A DNA stretch of 64,000 bases, from assembly GCA_021735655.1 (NCBI GenBank), contig JAIPGM010000001.1:277262-341261 (forward strand), in the 5' to 3' direction. Made by a program: the position numbers and the translations under genes. Below the pieces are notes generated by a model that worked only from the letters and a program-made list of their open reading frames with translations, ran no database searches and was not told the DNA's origin. Source of the stretch: Candidatus Omnitrophota bacterium. Its GTDB lineage: Bacteria; Omnitrophota; Gorgyraeia; Duberdicusellales; 4484-171. Of the stretch, positions 28,425 through 38,114 are shown piece by piece (position 1 is the first letter of the stretch; the number at the start of each line of letters is the position of its first letter).

Positions 28425-29219
28425 ATGAAAGTTGCTTTAGTACGGTTGCGCGAAGCTGGACAGCTGATGACTTATAAGGTTACCGAGGACGTCAGTGTTC
28501 ATGATTATGTTATTGTTGAGGCCGATCGGGGACTTGATTATGGTGAGGTCATCGAAGTAAGTGAGGCCAACCTTTGTCCAAAAAGTGAGAGTAAGGAAAG
28601 TTCGGTCAAAAGTATTGTCCGAAAGCTAACTCCCCCAGACAAGAAGGTGATTAAAGCAAATAGGCAGGAATCCAAAGATGCGATGCGCTTATGTGCGCGT
28701 AAAATTAGAGAGTACAAATTAGCGATGAAGTTGGTTGACGCTGAGTATTCTTTCGATAAGAAAAAAATTGTTTTTTATTTTACTTCTGAAGGAAGAGTAG
28801 ACTTTCGGGAACTAGTAAAAGAGTTAGCCAAAGTTTTTAAGATTAGAATAGAGATGCGGCAAATTGGCGTACGCGACGAAGCCAGGCTTTTTGGCGGCGT
28901 AGGACCTTGCGGTCACTCTCTTTGTTGTATCCGATTTTTGAAAAGTTTTGAGCCGGTAAGTATGAAGATGGCTAAGGCTCAGAAATTACCTTTAAGTAGT
29001 GGTAAAATTTCCGGTATTTGCGGAAGGTTAATGTGTTGTCTTTTTTATGAGTACAAGAATTATCGTGAATTATCTAAGGGATTACCTAAAGAGGGCCAAA
29101 CTATCGATACTGAACAAGGAAAGGGTAAGGTAATTTCAGTAAATGTTTTAAAGCGGCTTGTCTGTGTTCAGTTTGAAGATGGCCGAACAGAAAAAATCAC
29201 CTTTAAAGAAAATGAGTAA
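28425..29219 (+). CDS. ricT: PSP1 C-terminal domain protein (RicT/YaaT-like)
   Basis: PSP1 domain with conserved Cys cluster (GPCGHSLCC..CGRLMCC). Confidence 0.7.
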   Translation: MKVALVRLREAGQLMTYKVTEDVSVHDYVIVEADRGLDYGEVIEVSEANLCPKSESKESSVKSIVRKLTPPDKKVIKANRQESKDAMRLCARKIREYKLAMKLVDAEYSFDKKKIVFYFTSEGRVDFRELVKELAKVFKIRIEMRQIGVRDEARLFGGVGPCGHSLCCIRFLKSFEPVSMKMAKAQKLPLSSGKISGICGRLMCCLFYEYKNYRELSKGLPKEGQTIDTEQGKGKVISVNVLKRLVCVQFEDGRTEKITFKENE

Positions 29220-30765
29220 GTTTTATCTTACTACCCCTATTTATTATGTGAATTCCGAACCGCATATCGGCCACGCCTATACCAATATAATTTCTGATTG
29301 CACGGCTCGTTATCAACGCTTGAAAGGCAACCAGGTTTTCTTTTTGACTGGCACTGATGAACATGGCGAAAAAATAAAGAAGGCTGCTGAGGCTCAGCAA
29401 CAAGAGGTTAAGGTTTTCATCGACAATAAGGCAGAGATATTCAGGAAGTTGTGGGAAAAACTAAATATTTCCAATGATTTTTTTATTCGGACCACTGATG
29501 ATTTCCATAAACAAGTAGTTCAGGTGGTGGTTAGTAAATTAATTGAAAAGGGTGATATCTATAAGGCCAAATATAAGGGGTTTTATTGTACCCCTTGTGA
29601 AGGTTTTTGGACTCCGGTTCAAGTTAAGGAAGCTGGAGGTTGTCCGGACTGTAAGCGGGAGGTTCAGCTTATCGAAGAGGATAATTATTTCTTTAAACTT
29701 TCAAAATATCAGGATTGGTTAGTTAGTCATCTTAAAAATAATCCTGGTTTTGCGCAACCCAAGAGTCGTTATAATGAGGTATCAGCATTTTTAGAAAAGA
29801 ATAAGTTGGAGGATTTGTGTATTTCCCGTCCTAAAAAGCGTTTAAGTTGGGGGGTTGCTTTTCCCGGTGACGATCAATATGTAATTTATGTCTGGTTTGA
29901 TGCTTTAATTAATTATATTAGTGGAGCCGGTTACAGTATAGATCAGGAAAAATTCTCTCGACTTTGGCCAGCCGAGATTCATTTTATGGCTAAGGATATC
30001 CTACGCCACCATGCCATATTTTGGCCGATAATGCTAAAGGCTTTGGATCTTGAACTGCCTAAAGTTGTTTTTGCCCATGGTTGGTGGAAGTTTGAGGGTG
30101 AAAAAATGTCTAAATCAAGAGGGAACATCGTCAATCCTTTTGACGTTATCGAGACTTTAGCTATTTCACTCTCAGGAAGCAAAGAGATGGCCGTAGATGC
30201 TTTACGATACTTTTTGTTGCGCGAGGTACCAATAGGTTCTGACGGTACTTTTTCTTGGCCGGCTTTGTTTAATCGAACTAACTCTGATTTAGCTAATGAT
30301 TTAGGTAATTTAGTCTATCGGACCTTAAATATGGCTGAAAAGTATTTTGAAGGTAAAGTTAAGCCCTCAAAGAGCAGTCTCCCTTTTGAGTTTAAGCAAA
30401 GTCTTGGTAACCTTGAGGCTAGGTATTCTGAGCTTATGGATAGTTGTGCTTTTTCAGTTGCCCTAGAGGAAGTTTTTGGTTTTATTAGAGCCATGAATAA
30501 GTTTATCGAAGACTCAAAGCCTTGGACTCTTTGGAAAGAGAAAAAGGTTGAAGAACTTGAAAACTTTTTATATTATCTTCTTGAAGGCATTCGTATATCA
30601 GCTTTGTATTTATCTGCGGCTATGCCGAATGCGGCTAAGTCGATTTATTCTCAGTTAGGGCTAACTCAGGGTGAATTTTCTTTAGCTTCAGCTAAATGGG
30701 GCACTCAGAAAGAATTCAAAATAAAAAAAGAAAAACCGCTTTTTCCACGCATTGATGCTGATTGA
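29212..30765 (+). CDS. metG: methionyl-tRNA synthetase (short form, no C-terminal tRNA-binding domain)
   Basis: HIGH (PHIGHAY), KMSKS, zinc knuckle CTPCEG..CPDC. ATG 29212 with RBS. Track ORF begins at TTG 29158. Confidence 0.9.
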   Translation: MSKFYLTTPIYYVNSEPHIGHAYTNIISDCTARYQRLKGNQVFFLTGTDEHGEKIKKAAEAQQQEVKVFIDNKAEIFRKLWEKLNISNDFFIRTTDDFHKQVVQVVVSKLIEKGDIYKAKYKGFYCTPCEGFWTPVQVKEAGGCPDCKREVQLIEEDNYFFKLSKYQDWLVSHLKNNPGFAQPKSRYNEVSAFLEKNKLEDLCISRPKKRLSWGVAFPGDDQYVIYVWFDALINYISGAGYSIDQEKFSRLWPAEIHFMAKDILRHHAIFWPIMLKALDLELPKVVFAHGWWKFEGEKMSKSRGNIVNPFDVIETLAISLSGSKEMAVDALRYFLLREVPIGSDGTFSWPALFNRTNSDLANDLGNLVYRTLNMAEKYFEGKVKPSKSSLPFEFKQSLGNLEARYSELMDSCAFSVALEEVFGFIRAMNKFIEDSKPWTLWKEKKVEELENFLYYLLEGIRISALYLSAAMPNAAKSIYSQLGLTQGEFSLASAKWGTQKEFKIKKEKPLFPRIDAD

Positions 30766-31543
30766 TTCTCATTGTCACCTCAATAACCTTTCAGAAATAA
30801 CCAGAAAAGAAATTCTGGATACTTCAAGAAATGACTTTCAATATTGCTTTATCGATTCGAGTATAGACCTGAATAGTTCTTTAGCTTCTAGTCGATTGTC
30901 GGCGAGTTGCGACCATGTCTATACATCATTAGGTTTTCATCCCTTATCGGGAGAGAGCTTTGATCATCAAACACCAAAAGCTTACGGAAATCTAATTAAA
31001 AATAATGATAAAGTTATTGCTGTCGGTGAAATCGGTCTTGACTACAAAGCGACTATATCAACCAAAAAACAGGAAGAAATTTTTAAGACTTTTATTAAAA
31101 TTGCTAAAGATAATAATTTGCCGATAACTATACATAATCGTATTAATCCTTTAGGAGATAAGTTAAATGAGCCTCAACGGGTATTGGATATATTGGATGA
31201 ATTTTATCAAACTTACGAAATGGTGATATTCCATTGTTTTTCTCATTCGGTCCAAATTTTAGAAAGAATTATTAAGAAGATGGGTTTTGTCTCTTTTTCT
31301 TTGAATATTTTGCGTAAGAGTAATAAAATACTTAGATCTTTAGAGAAATGCCCTTTAGAAAATATTTTGTTTGAGACCGATTCTCCTTATATGAGAATAA
31401 AAGATACCAATTCCACGCCTTTAGATATAGGTAAAGTCTACGATCGGGCAGCTCAAATAAAAGGTGTGGCGAGGGATGAATTAGAAAAACAAGTTTTTTT
31501 AAATGCCAGAAAGGCATTTTCATTTAACCCCGGAGGCAAATGA
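30752..31543 (+). CDS. tatD: TatD-family metal-dependent hydrolase
   Basis: IDSHCHL N-terminal motif and TIM-barrel pattern. Confidence 0.8.
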   Translation: MMLIDSHCHLNNLSEITRKEILDTSRNDFQYCFIDSSIDLNSSLASSRLSASCDHVYTSLGFHPLSGESFDHQTPKAYGNLIKNNDKVIAVGEIGLDYKATISTKKQEEIFKTFIKIAKDNNLPITIHNRINPLGDKLNEPQRVLDILDEFYQTYEMVIFHCFSHSVQILERIIKKMGFVSFSLNILRKSNKILRSLEKCPLENILFETDSPYMRIKDTNSTPLDIGKVYDRAAQIKGVARDELEKQVFLNARKAFSFNPGGK

Positions 31544-32580
31544 TGACTTCGCTAAGATTTAAAAATAATCGTTTGTTTTATCTTGACCAGACTCAGCTGC
31601 CGCTAAAAGAGCTTTGGCGAGAGTGCCGGAGGCTAGAAGATGGCTTTTTGGCAATTAAACTCTTGCGAGTCAGAGGAGCTCCGTTGATTGGAGTCTTTGC
31701 GGCTTATTGTGTTGCAATTCATCTTAACAACCTTTCAAAGTCCAAAGATGTTTTTTTGAGGCAATTTAAAAAGTCTTTGAAAGATTTAGAGGCTTGTCGG
31801 CCGACAGCAGTTAATCTTTCCTGGGCCCTTAATCGCCTCAGGAAGGCAGCCAATAAGGTTAGCGGGCAAAGTATTTCAGTCATTAAAAGGGAAGTATTAA
31901 ATGAGGCTAAGGCAATTCATAAACAGGATGTTTTGTTGTGTAAACAAATGGCTGATTGCGGTTTAAAGCTAATTAAAAAAGGTGATCAGATTCTAACTCA
32001 TTGTAATACCGGATTTCTTGCTACTTCAGGACAAGGTACAGCCTTAGCGGTGATTTATCAGGCTGCGAAAAAGTATAATAATAAAATAGTTGTATATGCT
32101 GATGAGACTCGACCGCTACTACAAGGTTCACGCCTCAGCGCTTGGGAACTAATAAAGAAAAAAGTACCTTCTTATGTTATCTGCGATAACATGGCCGCTT
32201 CACTTATGGCTAAAGGCAAGATAGATAAAGTTTTCCTTGGGGCTGACCGCATTTCAGCCAACGGTGATGTAGCTAATAAAATTGGTACTTATAATGTTGC
32301 GGTTATTGCTAATTACCATAAAGTACCTTTCTATGTGGTTGCACCATTTTCTACTTTTGATTTATCATTAAAAAGCGGTGCTTCTATTCCGATTGAGGAA
32401 CGAAAGCCTGATGAAGTACGTAAGGTGGTAAGCAAAGTTTATATAGCGCCAAAGCAGGCTAAAGTTTGTAATCCGGCCTTTGATGTAACTCCGAGTAGGC
32501 TGATTACAGCTATTGTTAGCGATAAAGGGATTATCTATCCGCCGTTTAGAAAGAATATTAAAAAGGTGTTGTGTCGATGA
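31540..32580 (+). CDS. mtnA: methylthioribose-1-phosphate isomerase (eIF-2B-like family)
   Basis: GADRISANGDVANKIGTY signature of the MtnA/eIF-2B family. Confidence 0.75.
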   Translation: MMTSLRFKNNRLFYLDQTQLPLKELWRECRRLEDGFLAIKLLRVRGAPLIGVFAAYCVAIHLNNLSKSKDVFLRQFKKSLKDLEACRPTAVNLSWALNRLRKAANKVSGQSISVIKREVLNEAKAIHKQDVLLCKQMADCGLKLIKKGDQILTHCNTGFLATSGQGTALAVIYQAAKKYNNKIVVYADETRPLLQGSRLSAWELIKKKVPSYVICDNMAASLMAKGKIDKVFLGADRISANGDVANKIGTYNVAVIANYHKVPFYVVAPFSTFDLSLKSGASIPIEERKPDEVRKVVSKVYIAPKQAKVCNPAFDVTPSRLITAIVSDKGIIYPPFRKNIKKVLCR

Positions 32581-33425
32581 AGGAATTAGCTTGGATTGAT
32601 TACTTGAGACAAATAGTTCCCAAGAGCCGGGAAGTTTTAATCGGCATCGGCGATGACTGTGCTCAAGTTAAATCCAGAAGCGATAAGTTATTACTTAAGA
32701 GCGATTTATTTATTGAGAATATTCATTTTAAGTTAGGAAAGACAGGGTTTAAAACAATCGGTTTGCGGGCAGTAGCAAGAGTGCTTTCAGATTTTGCTGC
32801 TTGTGGAGGAGTTCCAAAATTTATCGGTATTTCAATAGGCATTCCCAGCTATTTAAAAATTAGCGACGTAAAGAAGATATTGGGAGCAGTTTTAATTCAG
32901 GCTAAGAAATATAAATTCTCTTTAGTTGGTGGTGATACTGCTAAAAGTGCAAAATTATTTTTAGATGTTTGGGGGTTAGGTGTAGCCCCTAAATTTATCT
33001 CAAGAGACGGCGCAAAGGTTGGAGATTATATTTTTATTACTGGAAAGTTAGGTACAAATAGGTTAAATGAGCCTTTTGAGCCAAGGCTTAAGGAGGCCCA
33101 ATATTTAGCTAAGAATTTTAGATTAAATTCGATGATCGATATATCCGATGGTTTTATTGTAGATCTTTATCGAGTTTTGACTTTAAGTAAAAAAGGTGCT
33201 TGTCTTAATAAAGAGGCTATACCTGCCGTCAACGGGAAAGCTGATTTTTATCGCGGAGAAGACTATGAATTGATTTTTACTGTAGATAAGGCTGAGAAGA
33301 AGCTTAAAACTTTGGAAAAGAAATTCTACTGTGTTGGTAGGGTGAAATCTAAGCAGTTTGGGTATAAAATTGAGAAAAACAATAAGTTATATAATTTATC
33401 GCCGAACGGTTACTTGCATTTTTAA
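32571..33425 (+). CDS. thiL: thiamine-monophosphate kinase
   Basis: GIGDDCAQV and GGDTA AIR-synthase-like motifs. Confidence 0.7.
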   Translation: MSMKELAWIDYLRQIVPKSREVLIGIGDDCAQVKSRSDKLLLKSDLFIENIHFKLGKTGFKTIGLRAVARVLSDFAACGGVPKFIGISIGIPSYLKISDVKKILGAVLIQAKKYKFSLVGGDTAKSAKLFLDVWGLGVAPKFISRDGAKVGDYIFITGKLGTNRLNEPFEPRLKEAQYLAKNFRLNSMIDISDGFIVDLYRVLTLSKKGACLNKEAIPAVNGKADFYRGEDYELIFTVDKAEKKLKTLEKKFYCVGRVKSKQFGYKIEKNNKLYNLSPNGYLHF

Positions 33426-33430
33426 TTGAG

Positions 33431-33910
33431 ATGAAGTTTAATTTGACATTAAAGTTAAAGAGTTTATCGGCTACGGAAACTAAGCACTACGGTGAATTGT
33501 TTTCAAAGGCTTTGTCTGGTCGGGACCTGGTTGTATTAGTTGGAGCCTTGGGCGGCGGTAAAACTACCTTTACCAAGGGCATTCTTAAAGGTTTAGGTTA
33601 TCGGGGTCGGGTTCTAAGCCCATCATTTACTTTAGTACGTGAGTATCTAACTAAAAAGTTTAAGACCTATCATGTTGATTTATATCGCTTGGATAAAAAT
33701 GAGGCCTTAAACCTAGGGCTTGATGATTTTATCTATTCCGATAATAGTCTTACTTTGATTGAGTGGGGTGATAGGATAGATAAGGAATTGGATAAGTATA
33801 TAGTGGTTAAGTTCTCATACTTAGCTGAAAGTTCAAGGCAGTTATTAATTTCAACGGTAGGTTATAATAAGCAGAAAATAAAAGCCATAAAAGGATTGAT
33901 TAACAAATGA
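33431..33910 (+). CDS. tsaE: tRNA t6A37 biosynthesis ATPase TsaE
   Basis: P-loop GALGGGKTTFTKG. Confidence 0.8.
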   Translation: MKFNLTLKLKSLSATETKHYGELFSKALSGRDLVVLVGALGGGKTTFTKGILKGLGYRGRVLSPSFTLVREYLTKKFKTYHVDLYRLDKNEALNLGLDDFIYSDNSLTLIEWGDRIDKELDKYIVVKFSYLAESSRQLLISTVGYNKQKIKAIKGLINK

Positions 33911-34572
33911 ATTTATTAGTAGTTGATGCCAGTTCTGAGAATATCTCACTAGCTATAAAATATAAAGGAAAGCTAGTGGCTGATTTTAATCGAAAGAAAC
34001 GCTTTGGGGCGTCTTTACTTATTCAGCAGATTGACAGGCAGTTAAGTAAGAATAAGCTAAGTCTAAAGTCAATGGATGCTTTTGTAGTTGGCAGTGGCCC
34101 AGGTTCTTTTACTGGCCTTCGGATATCCTTTAGCGTAATTAAAGCCTTTATGTTGGTAACTAAAAAACCGACTATCGAGGTGGGAAGTTCTTATTCTTTA
34201 GCTTATGCTTTGAGGAATAAGTCTAGCAAAATAGCGGTTATTTCCGATGCCCGGCGAGGTTTAATCTACGGAGTTTGTTTTAAGTCTAGATTGGGAGTTT
34301 TAAGGAAAGAGGCTAAAGAAAAACTTTACAAACTAGAGGAGTTTATCAAGAACAAAGAGGATTATCTTTTTTGTACCTATGATAAAGATCTAAGAGATCA
34401 GGTTTCCAATTTAAATAAAAAGATTGGGTTTTATGATAAAGATTTATACCCTAAGGCTCGGGATTTGCTACTTGAGGCTGAGCTGTGTTATAATCAAGGT
34501 AAGTTTACCACAATTGACAAGTTAAAGCCTTTATATCTACATCCAAAAACATGCCAAATCCAAAAAAAATAA
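33907..34572 (+). CDS. tsaB: tRNA t6A37 biosynthesis protein TsaB
   Basis: YeaZ-like ASKHA fold. Adjacent to and coupled with tsaE. Confidence 0.7.
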   Translation: MNLLVVDASSENISLAIKYKGKLVADFNRKKRFGASLLIQQIDRQLSKNKLSLKSMDAFVVGSGPGSFTGLRISFSVIKAFMLVTKKPTIEVGSSYSLAYALRNKSSKIAVISDARRGLIYGVCFKSRLGVLRKEAKEKLYKLEEFIKNKEDYLFCTYDKDLRDQVSNLNKKIGFYDKDLYPKARDLLLEAELCYNQGKFTTIDKLKPLYLHPKTCQIQKK

Positions 34573-35675
34573 TTCGTCCGCTTTGGATTGAAGTTGATTT
34601 AGCGGCTTTAAGTAGTAACTTTAAAGCAATCAAAGCTTACCTTGAGCCAAAAACTAAGATAATTGCAACTATCAAGCAGTCTGCCTATGGGCATGGTCTT
34701 GTTCCAGTAGCCAAACAGTTAAAAAAAGACGGCGTAGATATTTTTGGTGTTGGCAGTATTGAGGAAGCCCTGGCTTTGCGTGAGGCTGGTTTTGATTCCC
34801 CGGTGATTGTTTTAACGGCAGTCTTAAGTAATTTTTGTAATTTATTTTTAGAACACAAGGTTATTCCGACAATAGTCGATTTAGAATTTGCTAAAAAATT
34901 AAATCGTTTGGCTAAAAAGATGGGTCGTAAAGTAGCCGTTCATGTAAAGGTTGATACCGGGATGGGTCGTTTAGGGTTTCATTATAAACAAGCTGACCAA
35001 TTTGTCAGGGAGTTAGCTAAACTTAAAAATATAATTCTTGAGGGTATTTATACCCATTTCCCGGCCGCTGACAGTGACCCTGGTTTTACTCAGTATCAGA
35101 TAGATGCTTTTAATGGTTTTATCGAGCAGTTAAAAACCGAAGGTATATCATTTAAATATCAACATTGCGCTAACAGTATTGGGTTATTGCGTTACAGTCA
35201 CACTTATTTTAATATGGTTCGTCCCGGGCTCATTCTTTATGGGGTTAAACCTCAGGCTGAGGTAGATATCGGAATTAAACCGGTATTAAGTTTAAAGTCA
35301 AGGATTGTCTTTATTAAACAGGTTAAAAAAGGCTCAGGAGTTAGTTACGGAAGAACCTACATAGCTAAGAATAACCGCAATATCGCTACGGTGGCGGTTG
35401 GCTACGCTGATGGTTATCCTTGGTCTTTGTCTAACAAGTCTAAAGTTTTAATTAAGGGTAAATTTTTCGAGTTAGTCGGTAGAGTTTGCATGGATCATAT
35501 TATGATAGACTTAAAAGGTAGAAGCGATATTAAGGTTGGTGAAGAAGTAATTTTAATTGGTGAAAGCAAAACTAAGAAAATATTGGCTGAAGACTTAGCT
35601 GAACTGGCTCAAACTATTCCCTATGAAATTGTAAGTAGACTTTCCGAGAGAATACCTCGAATTTACAAGAAGTAG
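34551..35675 (+). CDS. alr: alanine racemase
   Basis: PLP-Lys motif IIATIKQSAYGHG. C-terminal beta domain. Confidence 0.85.
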   Translation: MPNPKKIIRPLWIEVDLAALSSNFKAIKAYLEPKTKIIATIKQSAYGHGLVPVAKQLKKDGVDIFGVGSIEEALALREAGFDSPVIVLTAVLSNFCNLFLEHKVIPTIVDLEFAKKLNRLAKKMGRKVAVHVKVDTGMGRLGFHYKQADQFVRELAKLKNIILEGIYTHFPAADSDPGFTQYQIDAFNGFIEQLKTEGISFKYQHCANSIGLLRYSHTYFNMVRPGLILYGVKPQAEVDIGIKPVLSLKSRIVFIKQVKKGSGVSYGRTYIAKNNRNIATVAVGYADGYPWSLSNKSKVLIKGKFFELVGRVCMDHIMIDLKGRSDIKVGEEVILIGESKTKKILAEDLAELAQTIPYEIVSRLSERIPRIYKK

Positions 35676-35684
35676 AAATTTCTT

Positions 35685-36269
35685 TTAAGCCCCGGTGTGA
35701 TAGATATAAAATGCTTCATCATTGCCAACAACTGGATGTATGCGAAAGGTTCCATTAGTTAGAATACCATTATCAAGGGTATCGTCAATTTTCTGTAATG
35801 GTTCAGCTTTTGGTGCACAAAAAACACCTGGCGTAGGAAAGCAATGGTTAGAAATTAAAATACTAAGCTCATAAGGAGCTCCATCTGCTTCGAGATCATA
35901 ACAATAAAGAGCATAAATTCCTCCCCAGGGATGCATGACCATACTACCGTCTAAGTATGGACCGTCCCAACCTCTAATCGTTGCACCAGAGGTTGCATTA
36001 ACCAAAGTAGAACTATATACCGGTACCCATTCTGTTTCATCTACGAAACCATCGGCGGGGTCATCGTCGGGAAATTCTTCTAATGGCCATTGAGCGGTAT
36101 CAGCGTAATGGGATAAGATAGCAGTCTTGGTAGCTTTAATATCAGCTATAGCCCGAGTGACTTTAGCCTTCTCAATAGCCCTGAAAGCATTAGGAGCAAT
36201 GATTGCCGCTAGAATTGCAATGATAGCAATGACTACGATAAGTTCGATTAGAGTGAATGATTTTTTCAT
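35685..36269 (-). CDS. GspG/PulG-like pseudopilin (prepilin-type N-terminal methylation domain)
   Basis: MKKSFTLIELIVVIAIIAILAAI class III signal. GspG-like WDGPY and HPWGG motifs. Confidence 0.75.
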   Translation of the reverse strand: MKKSFTLIELIVVIAIIAILAAIIAPNAFRAIEKAKVTRAIADIKATKTAILSHYADTAQWPLEEFPDDDPADGFVDETEWVPVYSSTLVNATSGATIRGWDGPYLDGSMVMHPWGGIYALYCYDLEADGAPYELSILISNHCFPTPGVFCAPKAEPLQKIDDTLDNGILTNGTFRIHPVVGNDEAFYIYHTGA

Positions 36270-36289
36270 AAAAAATTTCCTTTTGAATA

Positions 36290-36298
36290 ATTATATCA
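36290..36298 (-). promoter_or_regulatory. extended -10 element (TGATATAAT) upstream of the pseudopilin gene 35685..36269
   Basis: The minus-strand sequence reads TGATATAAT and is followed by RBS AAGGAA. It is duplicated upstream of the paralog. Confidence 0.4.
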
Positions 36299-36346
36299 CA
36301 ACAGGAAGAGGTAATTTAATAGGGTAATTTGCTGTTTGCCTAAATA

Positions 36347-36973
36347 TTATGGAGTATAGCGATCGTCATAATCCCAAAATAATATCCAGTGAATATCAGA
36401 CATTGACCCTCCGGCTGATCCGCGAACATTACCGGTATTGAGCGGCCAATCTTCGTCATCATCCACCATAGTGTCTAACTTTTTAGCAGCACTCTGTGGC
36501 ATTCGACAGGTACTAGGATTAATAACGCCTTCAACGTAAGGATAACAATAATTATCTATTTCTAAAACTAATTCTTCTATGCCATTTACCGGATCGCTAT
36601 AATCTTGCCAACAAGTAAAAGCATATTGGCCTCCCCAAGGATGCATTCCGGGAGTCTTTTCCACATAAGGTCCATCCCAGCCTGGCCAGGTTGCTGGTGC
36701 CCAATGCAGAGTAATATTGAGAGGATTTGTGTCTAAAGGGTTTTGACCTGGTAACAAGTGCATTTGCGTACCAGTGTAGCCATCCATAACTTTACGTCCA
36801 GTATCAGCATAAAGAGCACCAACTGAGGTTTTAAGAACTCTGGAATCAGCAATTACTCTGGCAACTTTGGCTTTTTCAATGGCCTTAAAGGCATTAGGAG
36901 CGATAATTGCTGCAAGGATAGCAATGATAGCAATGACTACGATAAGTTCGATTAGAGTGAATGATTTTTTCAT
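36347..36973 (-). CDS. GspG/PulG-like pseudopilin paralog
   Basis: The first 30 aa are identical to the neighbour. WDGPY and HPWGG motifs. C-terminal domain is divergent. Confidence 0.75.
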   Translation of the reverse strand: MKKSFTLIELIVVIAIIAILAAIIAPNAFKAIEKAKVARVIADSRVLKTSVGALYADTGRKVMDGYTGTQMHLLPGQNPLDTNPLNITLHWAPATWPGWDGPYVEKTPGMHPWGGQYAFTCWQDYSDPVNGIEELVLEIDNYCYPYVEGVINPSTCRMPQSAAKKLDTMVDDDEDWPLNTGNVRGSAGGSMSDIHWILFWDYDDRYTP

Positions 36974-36993
36974 AAAAAATCTCCTTTTGAATA

Positions 36994-37002
36994 ATTATAT
37001 CA
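36994..37002 (-). promoter_or_regulatory. extended -10 element (TGATATAAT) upstream of the pseudopilin gene 36347..36973
   Basis: Same motif and spacing as the copy at 36290-36298. Followed by RBS AAGGAG. Confidence 0.4.
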
Positions 37003-37028
37003 CGATAAGATGGATTTAATAGTGTAAT

Positions 37029-38114
37029 TTACCTTATTAGGCGCAATCCGGTTACGCCGATAGTTAAAAAGAATAGTGGCGCCATCCAAGGGCTAATCAT
37101 TGGCAGAATAATGCCTGATTTTCCTAAAGCAACGCTAAATGAAGAGATAAAGTAGTAGATAAAGATAAAGATAAACCCTACCCCCAAGGAAGTAAGGCCA
37201 ACCTTACGTTTTTTAATTTCTAGAGCAAAGGGTAGAATTCCGATAACTAAGAAGAAATGGGAGAAAGGCTCGACTAATTTTTGGTTATAGTGAATGATTA
37301 ATTCTTTTAGTTTTTCTTGTGAGCCGATTTTTTTTAACTGATCTATTTCACGTTGTAAATCATTGAGAGGAGTGAATTCCAGGAGAATACTTTTTTTAAG
37401 TAGAAGTTCCTGAGGGTTTTCAGCTAAGGGAATAGGCTTTTTGTCCAAGTTTTGGCTGTTGATGCTTTTACCATAGCGGTCAAAGGTATTTTCTTTAACT
37501 AATGTAGCGGTCCACTGTTCATTTTTATAGTAGATAGTTTTACAGATTATTTCTTTTATAAAGTCACCTTCTTTGTCTTCTTGAAAGATTGCAACATCAG
37601 TTAAGATTTTTTCACTTGGTGAAAATTCCCGGGCAAAGAAAATCATTCCACCTGAGGAGAACTTAAAGTTTCGCTCAAGCGAAGATCCGGAGAGGTCTTT
37701 TTTTATGAAGTTTCTTTTAATTTCTTCAACTTCTCTTTGAGATTTAATCAGTACTTTTTCTTGAAGGTAGAAGGCGCCAGAGGAGACAACAATTGAAAAC
37801 AAAATCAGCGGCAAAGACAGGGACATAATGCTTACTCCGGCTGAGCGCATTCCGGCAATTTCGTTACCCCGATTGAGTTCCCCTAAGGTATAAAGCATAC
37901 TGATCAGGAGTGCAAAAGGGCTTACCCATTTGAAGATCCAAGGAATCATACTTAGATAATAACGCACGAGCATTAGAAATGGTATTTTTGATTTTAGGAT
38001 ATCGGCAAGATTACTGAAGGTATCAATGACAAAGAAAAGACCGATAAATATGGCTAGGATAGAAATATATCCTAAAACAGCACTTTTTAAAGTATATTTA
38101 TCGAGAATGCGCAT
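37029..38114 (-). CDS. lptG: LPS export ABC permease (YjgP/YjgQ family)
   Basis: 6-TM permease with a periplasmic beta-jellyroll domain. Second gene of the lptFG pair. Confidence 0.7.
   Translation of the reverse strand: MRILDKYTLKSAVLGYISILAIFIGLFFVIDTFSNLADILKSKIPFLMLVRYYLSMIPWIFKWVSPFALLISMLYTLGELNRGNEIAGMRSAGVSIMSLSLPLILFSIVVSSGAFYLQEKVLIKSQREVEEIKRNFIKKDLSGSSLERNFKFSSGGMIFFAREFSPSEKILTDVAIFQEDKEGDFIKEIICKTIYYKNEQWTATLVKENTFDRYGKSINSQNLDKKPIPLAENPQELLLKKSILLEFTPLNDLQREIDQLKKIGSQEKLKELIIHYNQKLVEPFSHFFLVIGILPFALEIKKRKVGLTSLGVGFIFIFIYYFISSFSVALGKSGIILPMISPWMAPLFFLTIGVTGLRLIR

Noticed and set aside
29158-30765. Short MetG, possibly a truncated pseudogene.
   Set aside because: All catalytic motifs (HIGH, KMSKS, zinc knuckle) are intact. 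The C-terminal tRNA-binding domain is absent in many bacterial MetRS. The TTG start in the track is better replaced by ATG 29212 with an RBS.
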